A stretch of 64,000 nt of DNA. Origin: an uncultured Planctomycetaceae bacterium (GTDB taxonomy: Bacteria; Planctomycetota; Planctomycetia; Planctomycetales; Planctomycetaceae). Of this stretch, positions 54,839 to 64,000 are shown in pieces; the first letter of the stretch is position 1, and each line of letters starts with the position of its first letter. The notes beneath the pieces are model-generated. The model had not been told where the DNA came from and did no database searches. It saw nothing but the letters and a program-made list of their open reading frames with translations. A program made the position numbers and the translations under genes. The DNA is taken from assembly GCA_963815195.1 (NCBI GenBank), contig CAWFGE010000013.1, positions 800,001 through 864,000 on the forward strand. The letters run 5' to 3'.

Positions 54839-56308
54839 ATGAACGATCACATCACTCAACAACCCACTCGCCGCGATTTTTTTGCCCGCACTTGTGACGG
54901 CGTGTTCGGGGCGGCATTGACGCACCTGTTTTGCCAGGACTACTTCGGCGGCACGTCGGCACTGGCCACGGAAGCCGAGCCAGAAGAGCCGGTGATGCAG
55001 TACAACCTCAAGCCCAAACAGCCGCATCACCGGGCGAAGGCGACCTCCGTCATTCATCTCTTCATGAACGGCGGGCCGAGCCAAATGGACTTGTTCGACC
55101 CCAAGCCCAAGCTCAATGGCCTCAATGGAAAACCGTTTCCGGGGAACGTCGAGGAACTCGGCAACTCGAACACCTCAGACATCGGCGTAGTGATGGGCGG
55201 GCAGTTCGAGTTCGCCCGGCACGGGGAGTCGGGGATGTGGATGGCGGATGTGCTGCCGCACACGGCGAAGATGGCCGACGATCTCTGCCTCATCAATTCG
55301 CTGTGGACCGACCACCCGAACCACGACAACGCGCTTTATAAAATCCACAGCGGCCGATTGTTCATGGGCTACCCCACGTTCGGGGCCTGGACCGTTTACG
55401 GGCTGGGGAGCGAAAACCAAAACCTGCCCGCCTATGTGGTCTTGAACGATCCGCTCGGCCCGCCGAAGAACGGCACGCGGAACTGGACCTCGGGATTTCT
55501 GCCCCCCATTTATCAGGGCACGCGGTTTCGGCCGACGGGTTCGCCGATCTTGAACCTCACGCCGCAGTACGAACAGCCTTCGGAAGTGACGGAGTCGGCC
55601 CGCGGGTTACTCAATCAGCTCGATGAAATCCACCGCCAGGATCGGCCGCATTATCCGGAACTCGACGCCCGCATGGAATCCTACAGCCTCGCCGCCCGCA
55701 TGCAGATGTCCGCCGGCGAAGCCTTGGATCTTTCCCGCGAGACCGCTAAGACGCTGTCCATGTACGGCATCGGCGAAAAGTGGACCGACTCCTACGGCCG
55801 GCGGTGCCTCTTGGCCCGGCGGTTGGTCGAGCGGGGCGTCCGGTTCGTGCAGATTTTTCTCGAAGAGCAGCCCTGGGACAGCCACGCCGACCTCGCCGCC
55901 AATCACCGCGGAGCTTGCCAGCGAACGGACCAACCCGTGGCCGCGCTCCTCCGCGATCTCAAGCAGCGGGGTTTGCTCGATTCCACACTGGTCATTTGGG
56001 GCGGCGAGTTCGGTCGCACCCCGACTACGCAGCGATCCGCCGACGGCTTCTCCGGCCGCGATCACAACATGCAGGCCTTCACGAGTTGGATGGCCGGCGG
56101 CGGCGTGAAGGGAGGAACCACCTTCGGCAAAACGGACGACTTCGGCCACAAGGCCGTGGAAAATCCCGTCAGCGTCCACGACTTCCACGCCACGATCCTG
56201 CACCTTTTGGGACTGCATCATCAAAAGCTGTTCTTCAAACGCAGCGGCCTCGAAGAACGCCTCACCGGCTTCGAACCGCCCCGCGTCGTGACGGAAATTC
56301 TGGCATAG
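54839..56308 (+). CDS. DUF1501 family protein
   Basis: TRRDFF; VIHLFMNGGPSQMDLFD; CLLARRLVERGVRFVQ; WDSH; WGGEFGRTP; GRDHN. Confidence 0.94.
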   Translation: MNDHITQQPTRRDFFARTCDGVFGAALTHLFCQDYFGGTSALATEAEPEEPVMQYNLKPKQPHHRAKATSVIHLFMNGGPSQMDLFDPKPKLNGLNGKPFPGNVEELGNSNTSDIGVVMGGQFEFARHGESGMWMADVLPHTAKMADDLCLINSLWTDHPNHDNALYKIHSGRLFMGYPTFGAWTVYGLGSENQNLPAYVVLNDPLGPPKNGTRNWTSGFLPPIYQGTRFRPTGSPILNLTPQYEQPSEVTESARGLLNQLDEIHRQDRPHYPELDARMESYSLAARMQMSAGEALDLSRETAKTLSMYGIGEKWTDSYGRRCLLARRLVERGVRFVQIFLEEQPWDSHADLAANHRGACQRTDQPVAALLRDLKQRGLLDSTLVIWGGEFGRTPTTQRSADGFSGRDHNMQAFTSWMAGGGVKGGTTFGKTDDFGHKAVENPVSVHDFHATILHLLGLHHQKLFFKRSGLEERLTGFEPPRVVTEILA

Positions 56309-56321
56309 CAAGGCGGGAAGC

Positions 56322-57182
56322 ATGATCAACCGGCGCGAACTCTTAAACCTCGCCGCGACTGCGGGCGTCGCTTCTTTGCTTGCTTCCCAACGCGGAGAGA
56401 CGGCGGAAGAGAATCCGCCGGATTTCCAAATCATCGACACCAATGTGAGCCTGTTTCACTGGCCGTTTCGCCGATTGCCTTTGGATGAGACGGCCAAGCT
56501 GGTGAAAAAGCTCCGCTCGCTGGGCATCAAGACCGCTTGGGCGGGAAGTTTTGAAGGCGTGCTGCACCGGGATGTCGCCGGGGTCAATCAGCGCTTGGCG
56601 GCGGAGTGCAAACAATTCCCGGAACTGGTTCCGATCGGTTCGATCAATCCCGCGGTTCCCGATTGGAAAGACGACCTCCGGCGATGCGTCGAGACGCACA
56701 AGATGCCGGGCGTTCGGCTGCATCCGAATTACCACGGTTATGCGTTGAACGATCCGCGGTTCGCCGAGCTTTTGGAACTCGCGGCGAAGGCGGGATGCTT
56801 CGTGCAGATCGCCGCCCTCATGGAAGACACCCGCACGCAATATCCGCTCTTGCAAGTGCCGGATGTGGATTTGTCGCCCTTGCCCGGCCTAATGAACCAC
56901 ATCAAAAACACTAAAGTGCAAATCCTCAACGACCGCCCGCGACCGCCTCTGTTATCACAACTCGCAAAAACCCCTGGACTCTCTTTCGACACGGCCCGCG
57001 TCGAGGGAACCGACGGCGTTCCCAACCTGGTGAAGACCCTGCCCCCCGGCCGGGTGTTATTCGGAACGCATGCCCCGTTTCTGATTCCCGAAGCCGCGCT
57101 GATCCGCGTGCATGAATCCTCGATACTTGACGAGTCCGCGCTCAAAGCGGTTCTCTCGGAGAATGCCCAACAATTGCATTGA
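56322..57182 (+). CDS. amidohydrolase family protein with Tat signal
   Basis: NRRELL; IIDTN; GVRLHPNYHGY; RVLFGTHAPF; ENA terminus. Confidence 0.85.
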   Translation: MINRRELLNLAATAGVASLLASQRGETAEENPPDFQIIDTNVSLFHWPFRRLPLDETAKLVKKLRSLGIKTAWAGSFEGVLHRDVAGVNQRLAAECKQFPELVPIGSINPAVPDWKDDLRRCVETHKMPGVRLHPNYHGYALNDPRFAELLELAAKAGCFVQIAALMEDTRTQYPLLQVPDVDLSPLPGLMNHIKNTKVQILNDRPRPPLLSQLAKTPGLSFDTARVEGTDGVPNLVKTLPPGRVLFGTHAPFLIPEAALIRVHESSILDESALKAVLSENAQQLH

Positions 57183-57210
57183 TTAGCCGCAGGGCGCTAG
57201 CCCCGGTTTT
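57183..57210. repeat. REP-like element, family B
   Basis: TTAGCCGCAGGGCGCTAGCCCCGGTTTT immediately after the stop codon; it matches 889-911 in reverse complement. Confidence 0.65.
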
Positions 57211-57240
57211 CCGAAATGACAGTCCTAACGGAAATTCGAA

Positions 57241-58105
57241 ATGCTGAATCCTGCCGCTGTGCAACTTGGTCTGCCGTCGCCGGAGCGATTGAAAGGCTAC
57301 CGGATCTGGGATTCGTATTTCACGCCGTCGCATTCGCATCCGGGCCGCGGCGGCGAGCGGTTGATCGCGGATATCGAACGTGCGCTGCCTGCCATTCAAA
57401 AGGGCCAATTCGAAAAGCTGTGCTACTTCGCCCACGTGGGCATCGGCACCACGTCCGATGCCCTATTGGAGAAGGCGCTGCGCTCGAATCCGGAAATGGT
57501 TTTAAAACCGCTCAAACGCTGGCCGAAGCTGTTGATCGGCATGATCCAACTCAATGCCCACGATGTGCGGGCTTCGCTCGAGGCTTTGGACCGTTGGCTG
57601 CGGGATGGGCCGATGCTGGGGGTGTACTTTCCCGGCGGCGGACCGGGAGGCGCTCACCTGCACGCATCCGAATTTCCTTCCGCTCGTGGAACGCATTGCC
57701 GAATACAACGGCGTGATCATGCAGCACACCTGGTTCCAGACCGGCGGCAAACCGGGGCCGGGAGCTTCGACGCCCGCGGAACTCGCCGAACTCGCGGCCA
57801 AGTTCCCTGAGCAAAAATTCCTCTGTGCCCACGCGGGCGGCGAATGGCAGAAAGGCATCCGCGCGGTGCGGGATTCCGAGAACATCCTCGTCGAAACCTC
57901 CGGCTTCGACGCCACCGCCGGCTTCATCGAAATGGCCGTCCGCGAACTGGGGGCGGAGCGGATCGTGTTCGGCAGCCATTTGCCCTCGCGGTCCTTGGGC
58001 ACCGAATTGGGAAAAGTCATCGGAGCGGACATCTCCGAAGAGGACAAGCGTTTGATCCTGGGCGAGAATTACCGCCGGCTGCTGCGCCGGGTTATGAAAA
58101 AATGA
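57241..58105 (+). CDS. amidohydrolase family protein (frameshift near 57650)
   Basis: IWDSY; MQHTW; FLCAHAGG; ETSG; LGAERIVFGSHLP; ILGENYRRLL. Confidence 0.85.
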
Positions 58106-58223
58106 CTTTAGAACAAGCCAAGAACGGGACGCGAGCGCGTTCCGGCTGATATTCGGACAGTATTTTCTCGAACGGTCCTGAGGAACCAATTCGCGACTTT
58201 CCGCGAAATCCTTGGGTTTTGCG

Positions 58224-58249
58224 GTTAACCATTTCCGGCTCCGTTCGTC
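58224..58249 (+). promoter_or_regulatory. candidate ECF-type promoter
   Basis: GTTAAC-N16-CGTC about 50 nt upstream of the ECF sigma gene; fits the general AAC / CGT ECF pattern. Confidence 0.4.
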
Positions 58250-58301
58250 TGTCTGAGCGTGAGCAGAAACTCAAAATCCACCTTGGCACGCGGGTGGCGG
58301 A

Positions 58302-58817
58302 ATGCCGTTATGGGAACATCTGGAGCCGATCATTCCACGGCTGTACCGGTTTGCCCTGCGGCTGACGAACCATTCCGACCGGGCCGAGGATTTGACGCAG
58401 GAAACGCTCCTCCGCGCTTGGGAAAAGCGGGAAGGGTTGCGAGACCACGAATCCGCGCGGGTTTGGCTGTTTCGGATCGCCGTCAACCTCTGGCGGGACC
58501 AACTCAGGCGAAACCAACGGCGGCCCGATTGGGAATCGGGCGTCGAATCCGCGGCGGACCCGGCCCGCGAACCCGAACTCGTCGCCATCGACCGCGAGGA
58601 AGTCAGGGAGGCCTTAAAAGCCTTGGACAGGCTCCCGCCTCGGCAGCGGGAAGTCCTCCACCTGGCTGCGGTGGAGGAGTTGAGTCTTGCCGAGATCGCC
58701 GAGGTGCTTGGTATCAGCCGAAACGCGGCGAAGGTCCATCTGTGTGAAGCCCGCAAGAAAATGCGGCAGATGCTTTATCCATCCAACAATCCGACTCCCC
58801 CGACAAAACAACCATGA
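58302..58817 (+). CDS. ECF RNA polymerase sigma factor
   Basis: AEDLTQETLLRAW; WLFRIAVNLWRD; LDRLPPRQREV; LSLAEIAEVLGIS. Confidence 0.95.
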   Translation: MPLWEHLEPIIPRLYRFALRLTNHSDRAEDLTQETLLRAWEKREGLRDHESARVWLFRIAVNLWRDQLRRNQRRPDWESGVESAADPAREPELVAIDREEVREALKALDRLPPRQREVLHLAAVEELSLAEIAEVLGISRNAAKVHLCEARKKMRQMLYPSNNPTPPTKQP

Positions 58818-59350
58818 CCGACCGCCTTTGCGAACGACTCGACGATTATTTGTTGAATGAATTGCCGAAAGATGACCGCGATTTCTTCGCCGAGCATTTG
58901 ACCGGCTGCGAAACCTGCCGCGGGGCTGTGCAGCAACAACGGCGCATTGACGATCTATTGAAAGCCGGGACCGAGGCGATTCCCTGTCCGCCGGGTTTCA
59001 GCGAGCGAATCCATGCCCAGATCGACACGCGAAAACGCCCACGGTCGGCTGCCGGAAGCTTGGCGCTTGCGGCTCTGGCGATCGGCCTGTTGGGTTGGTT
59101 GTTGATCTTCGCAAACCCTGGCCTCGACAAGTCTGATGAAGATCACGCCAACAACAACGATCCAAAAGAACGCCAACGCATTTCCAAACCAGCTCCGCCG
59201 CCCCAAGCGGCGGAGTTGGCGAAACAAAAAGCCCCGCCGGTCCGCGTGGAATTTCCCCCAGACGTGCTGCCATTGACCATCGACAGCGGCGAACCGGACA
59301 TCACGTTGATTCAAGTCTTTCCCGTGAAGAGCGTCAGCGAAAACCGTTGA
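58814..59350 (+). CDS. zinc-binding (zf-HC2) membrane anti-sigma factor
   Basis: HLTGCETC (HxxxCxxC); single TM; ATGA overlap with the sigma gene. Confidence 0.88.
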   Translation: MTDRLCERLDDYLLNELPKDDRDFFAEHLTGCETCRGAVQQQRRIDDLLKAGTEAIPCPPGFSERIHAQIDTRKRPRSAAGSLALAALAIGLLGWLLIFANPGLDKSDEDHANNNDPKERQRISKPAPPPQAAELAKQKAPPVRVEFPPDVLPLTIDSGEPDITLIQVFPVKSVSENR

Positions 59351-59385
59351 CGCGGCTCTTGTACTTTCCTGGAAGGGATCGAATT

Positions 59386-60547
59386 ATGCCGACTATTCAA
59401 ACCTGGATTTTGCGCGATCTTGCTGTTTGGCGTTTGGGGAGCCTCGGGCCTCAGCTCGCCGGTTCGAGCTGAGGAACCGAAGTTGACGGTGTTTCCTTTG
59501 AAGCATGTCGATGCAAGCAGCGCCGAAAAGATGATCAAAGAGTTGTATCCAGACCTGGAGAAGGCCAAAACGGTCCGCATCACCGCCGACCCCCGCACTA
59601 ATGTGCTGATTGTCTCAGGTCCCGCGGAAGTCACAAAACAGATCAAGGAACTGCTCAACGTCTTGGACGCCGAGCCACAGAAGCCCGCCAAGCCGGAGGA
59701 AAGCGTTAAGATCTTCACTCTCGCCAACAACGATGCCCGGGAAACGTTGAATGTCGTTTCGGCACTCCTCGCCGATGCGTCGCTGCGAATCACAGCCGAT
59801 CCGCGGACAAACTCGCTGATCGCCACAGGCACGCCAGACAAGTTGGCGACCCTGGAAGCCATCCTGCTGCGATTGGATGAGAAAAATGACAGGGCCGAAT
59901 CGATCCGCAAGATTCCCTTGAAACATGCCTCGCCGGAAACAGTCTCCCAAGCCTTGATCCAGATGGGGATCACTCACGGCGTGGCTTTAGATCAGGCCCA
60001 GCACCGGCTGCTCGTTCGGGGTAACGCGGCGGCGCTAAAACTCGTCGAAGATGCGGTTCAGGTCATCGACGTTGCGAAAGACGCCCCGAAACTGGATCGG
60101 CTGCAGCTTCGTATCGTCTGGCTTGTGTCCGAAAAACTGGCTGGCAAAGAAGCCCCCGCGCCCAAGAACCTCGACAAGGTCGTGAAGGTCCTGGAAGAAA
60201 AACTCGGTGCGGCGAATCTCAAAATGGCGGCCCAGATGCTGGTGACCATCGATCCCGGCGAGGAGCGGCCTGTCGTGGCCCATGGCACCACGGTTCTTCA
60301 GGATGACAGCCCGGTTGAGCTCGAAGCGGAAGCCATTGTGTCAGGTCAAGTCGGAACGTCTCCTTCGATCGAACTCGCAATCGAGGCGCATTCGAACCGC
60401 GGAGGTAGGCTACCCGTGGAGAGGCTCGCCTCCCTGAACACCAAAATCGTCGCTCCCGTCGGGCAATCGATCGTGGTCGGCATGACGCCGATCCGGTCCG
60501 CCGATTCAGTGTTCGTGCTCCAAGTGCTGCCGAACGATGCGAATTAG
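59386..60547 (+). CDS. exported protein with three secretin N-terminal (GspD N1-N3-like) repeats and a short C-terminal domain
   Basis: VFPLKHVDA...ITADPRTNVLIVSG; IFTLANNDA...ITADPRTNSLIATG; KIPLKHASP...LLVRG. ATG 59386 needs a one-base correction to join the ORF (track start 59420). Confidence 0.8.
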
Positions 60548-63500
60548 TTTGTCTTCGCTTCTTCCATTTCGGGGCTTCCAAAGATTCCAGCGTGACCGCC
60601 ATCACCACGGGGGCGGAGCGGTCGGGGCCTTTGAGGAACTCGATCTTTTCGATCGCGTCCGTTCGCTTCGGATGGATCGCCAGGTAGCGGATTTGCTGGC
60701 CCCTCAAGGGGAAGGCGAATTCCGATTCGGGCACATCGACCCGGCGGATGTAGTCCGCGAAATGCCGACCGTTTTTGAGTTCGTGATCCTCGGTCGTCCC
60801 ATCCGCGTAATGGAGGCGAACGATCATGGAAACCGTTGGGTTCCGGTCGTACGGAAAGCCCCAACCGCTGACGCCCGAGAGCAGATGAATCGCCCGCGCG
60901 GGGCCGTTCGAGGGCAGCGTGACCGACTTGGGCATCGTCTGAGAGACGGCCCCGTTGGGGCCGTTGAGCAGAATCACATTGGGAACCTTGCCGTCCTGGG
61001 GATCGGTGAGATGGAACGGCACGCCCTTAAAGGTCTTGGGCGACCAGTCGGAAAAGATCAATCGTTCCTGCGGGGCGTCTGTGCTGAAAAACATGCCCCG
61101 GTCGCTGGCGATGGTGGCGACTTTTCGCAGATCGAGCGGCAGGTATTTCCCGCGCTGCGTGAGGAACTCCAACAGGTTCTTGATCTCCTCCGGCTTGACC
61201 TGCTTCTCGAAACCTTCGGGCATCAGGGATTTTCGGGAAGCGACCATTTGCTCGATGTCTTCCCGCAGGACGACTTTCTTCTTGCCTTCCACGTCGAAGA
61301 GTTCGATCGCGGTTTTGGATTCCGACGCCAATAGCCCGGTGAGCACCAGCCCGTCGGACGTGAGCACGGTATAAACGCGGAAGTTGCCTTCGACATCCCG
61401 GCTGGGGTCGATGATGTGCGTCAACAGCTCCGCCTTGGGATGCACGGCCATGCCGGTGAGGTCCGGCCCGATCCGTGTGCCCTCGCTGCCGTGGACGTGG
61501 CATTTGGAGCATTGCTTTTTATAGACCTCTTTCCCGGCGTCGGCGTTGCCGGTCTCCTTGGCGAGCGGCAAGAGTTGGGCGAGGACTTTCTGGCGATCGG
61601 GATTCGGAAGTGCTCCGCCCCGGCTTAACAGGCTCCGGGCTTGCCGTTGGATCGAGCGATTGGGATGCGAAGACAGGGCCTGCTTCTGATCGAGCGAAAG
61701 CTCCGCGAGCAGCACCGTGCCTTTGTCGATCGCATCCAACAGCGACCGCGTGGACTCCGGCCGGCTGAGCATCACCGCGATCCCCGCGGTTCGGGTTTGG
61801 GGCGTCATGCCTTTGAATCGGCTCGTGAGCAGTTCGCCCACGTTCGGGCTTTCGCTTTTTCCGAGCGATTTCACGATCCCCACAGCCAAACCCGGCGGCG
61901 TTTGCGGCGAAATCCGGCTTAAGAGTGTTTTCACCACCTCATCGTCCTGCGCGCGAAACTCCACCAACTGCCCGGCCGCCGCGAGGCGTTTGTCCTGGCT
62001 GAGCGATTCATCATCGAGCTGCGACAATAGCGAATCCGAGACCTCTTTGGCGTAGCTGGCAAACTCCTTGCTGCCCCAGCCGATAGCCAACTTGAGAAGG
62101 ACGCCTTTGCTACCCGCGGGCAATTTTGCAAGCAGATTTTTGAGATCGCTCTCAAAGGCTTGATCCAGCTTCGGCGATTGGTCTTTGGGCCAACCTTTGG
62201 CGAGCCCCGATAGCACCGCCTCGGCGATCGCGGGGTCGGCTTTCGTCAACCGGGACAGCACGGAGGCCACCGAATCCACCGGCCCGCCGCGGCCGTAATG
62301 CCCCGCGACAATGCTCACGGCTTCTAAAAGTTTTTCGTCTGGTTTTTGCTTGGCCTCGGCGACCGCTTTCAAAAAACTGTCCGCATTCGTCGCGGCCGCG
62401 CTAATCGCGGCGTCTTGAATCCACCGGTCGCCAGCGTTTTTGGGATCGGTCATTGCCTTCAAAATCGCCGGTCCCGCTACTGAAACCGAAGGCAAATCCG
62501 ACAGTTTCAACAACGTCATCAATCGCACTTGGGCGCTGCGATCTTCCAGCAGGTTGCTATTGATAAGAACTTCAGCAGAGACTTCCAGGGCAGGAAGGAC
62601 CTGGACCGCATTTCGCCTGACGCCGGCTGACGGATGAACGATTGCGGCGATGGCCGTCCGGGCCGCCCGGCCGTTGGAGCCATCGAGTTGCCCCAATCCG
62701 TGAAGTGTCCAAAGCGCGTGAATGGCGCCGACGTTCAAGCCAATCTCATCTGCGGAAAGCGCGGATTGATCGCCGATCAGCTTGAGCAAGGCCGGAACGA
62801 CATCGTCTTTGCCGCGTTCCACCAACAGCCGTTGGGCGTGCTTTCTCCAGAGCATAGTGGGGTGCTTCAAAGTTGCCACCAGTTTTTCCGGCGATGCGCC
62901 AGCCAGCGTGAAGGGTTTGTCTTTTTCATCGCCATACACCACGCGATAGATCCGGCCGTGTTTTTTGTCGCGGAGGTCGGTTTCGTAGGCGTTGCCTTTG
63001 CCGGTGCTGAAGCCGCGGGGCGTGGGGTTGTGCTGCACGATGTAGTTGTACCAGTCGATGACCCACACGTTGCCGTCGGGTCCGACTTCGGACATGATCG
63101 GCGCGGTCCATTCATCGTCGCTCGCCAAGAGATTGAAGGGGCTGGTCGAATGAAAATCGCTGCCGTCGGCTTCGAGCACGAACGTCCCCGTGAGATGGCC
63201 CGTGGGTCCGTTCACGAACGCGGTGCGGTTCCAATACTCCTTGGGGTATTTCCGCGCCGTATAAAGCGCATGCCCGGCCCCGGCGGTGTAGCCTCCGTGA
63301 TGATCCACCTGCCGAATGTTCTTGGTGATGGGCTTGAACAGATGCGTGTCGGAAATCATTTCCAACACCAGTGAAGGCGTCCAGCCGCGGACGCGTTCGT
63401 AATAGCGGTTGGGAATGGGCATATACACGCTGGGGCAATGGTTGGCGGTGGAGCCGAAGATGATGCCTTCCTCGCTGATCCCCAGCCCCCAGGTGTTGTT

Positions 63501-64000
63501 GTTGGTTGAGCGAATAAACTCGATTTCCGAGCCGTCCGGCCGAAACCGAAAGAAGCCCTGGCGAAAATTCTGCGTGGATCGTTCCTCGCCGTCGGCGGCG
63601 GGGCGGGAATCGTTGTAGCCCTGCATGGCCCAGATCCAGTTGTCGAGGCCGTATTGAAAATTGCTCACGCCGCCGTGCGTGTCCCGCTCGTTCCAGCCGG
63701 TGAAGAGGACGGTTTTCTCGTCGGCCACATCGTCGCCGTCGGTGTCTTTGAGGTACAGTGTTTCGACGCCGTTCTGCACGATCACGCCGCCCTTGTGGAA
63801 GGCGATGCTGGTGGGGATGCTCAGTTTCTCGGCGAAGACGGTGAACTTGTCGGCCCGCCAATCGCCGTCGGTGTCTTCCAGAATGCGAATCCGGTCCCGG
63901 CCCTCTCCCGGCGGCTGGAGTTCGTTGGGGTAATCGTAAGTCTCCGCGATCCACAATCGGCCCCGCTCGTCCCAAGCCATCGCGATCGGCTTGCCGCCGA
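60544..64000 (-). CDS. PVC-type heme-binding CxxCH protein (putative membrane-bound dehydrogenase domain, HEAT repeats, cytochrome c); 5-prime partial
   Basis: AWDERGRLWIAE; LEDTDGD..AD; DTHGG; NNTWG; GPDGNVWVIDWYN; HGRIYR; CSKCH...IGPDLT; SLMPEG. The true stop is probably 60544 via a shift near 60585; the track ORF runs on to 60219, overlapping the convergent gene. Confidence 0.92.

Noticed and set aside
60219..60547. Real antisense overlap of the PVC heme protein with the secretin-N gene
   Set aside because: A one-base shift near 60585 gives a clean end (EMEEAKTN stop) at 60544, and the extension is low-complexity.

Overview
High-GC bacterial chromosomal window, very likely from a planctomycete. 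It has two DUF1549/DUF1553-DUF1501 gene pairs, a DUF4058 gene, a PVC-type CxxCH heme protein and planctomycete-style exported proteins. Housekeeping genes: sucC, sucD, a YchF-like NTPase, gdhA, lepA, Maf, two cyclophilins, oleA, floA, an Fpr-type reductase and tRNA-Ala(CGC). It also carries a System II cytochrome c biogenesis locus and an ECF sigma/anti-sigma/secretin-N-domain triplet. About ten genes are broken by single-base frameshifts, most likely uncorrected sequencing indels. I found no integrase, transposase, phage gene or CRISPR array. The most striking non-coding signal is about nine unrelated REP/REPIN-like inverted-repeat families in the intergenic spaces. One of them, a perfect 31-bp pair, brackets an AT-richer 1.1-kb gene cassette inserted between sucC and sucD. 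Best candidates for undescribed biology: (i) IR-bracketed cargo cassettes; (ii) a ResB-CcsA fusion operon with a circularly permuted repeat lipoprotein and a divergent exported thioredoxin-protease; (iii) the ECF/anti-sigma/barrel-less secretin module. All family assignments come from motif recognition by eye; no searches were run.
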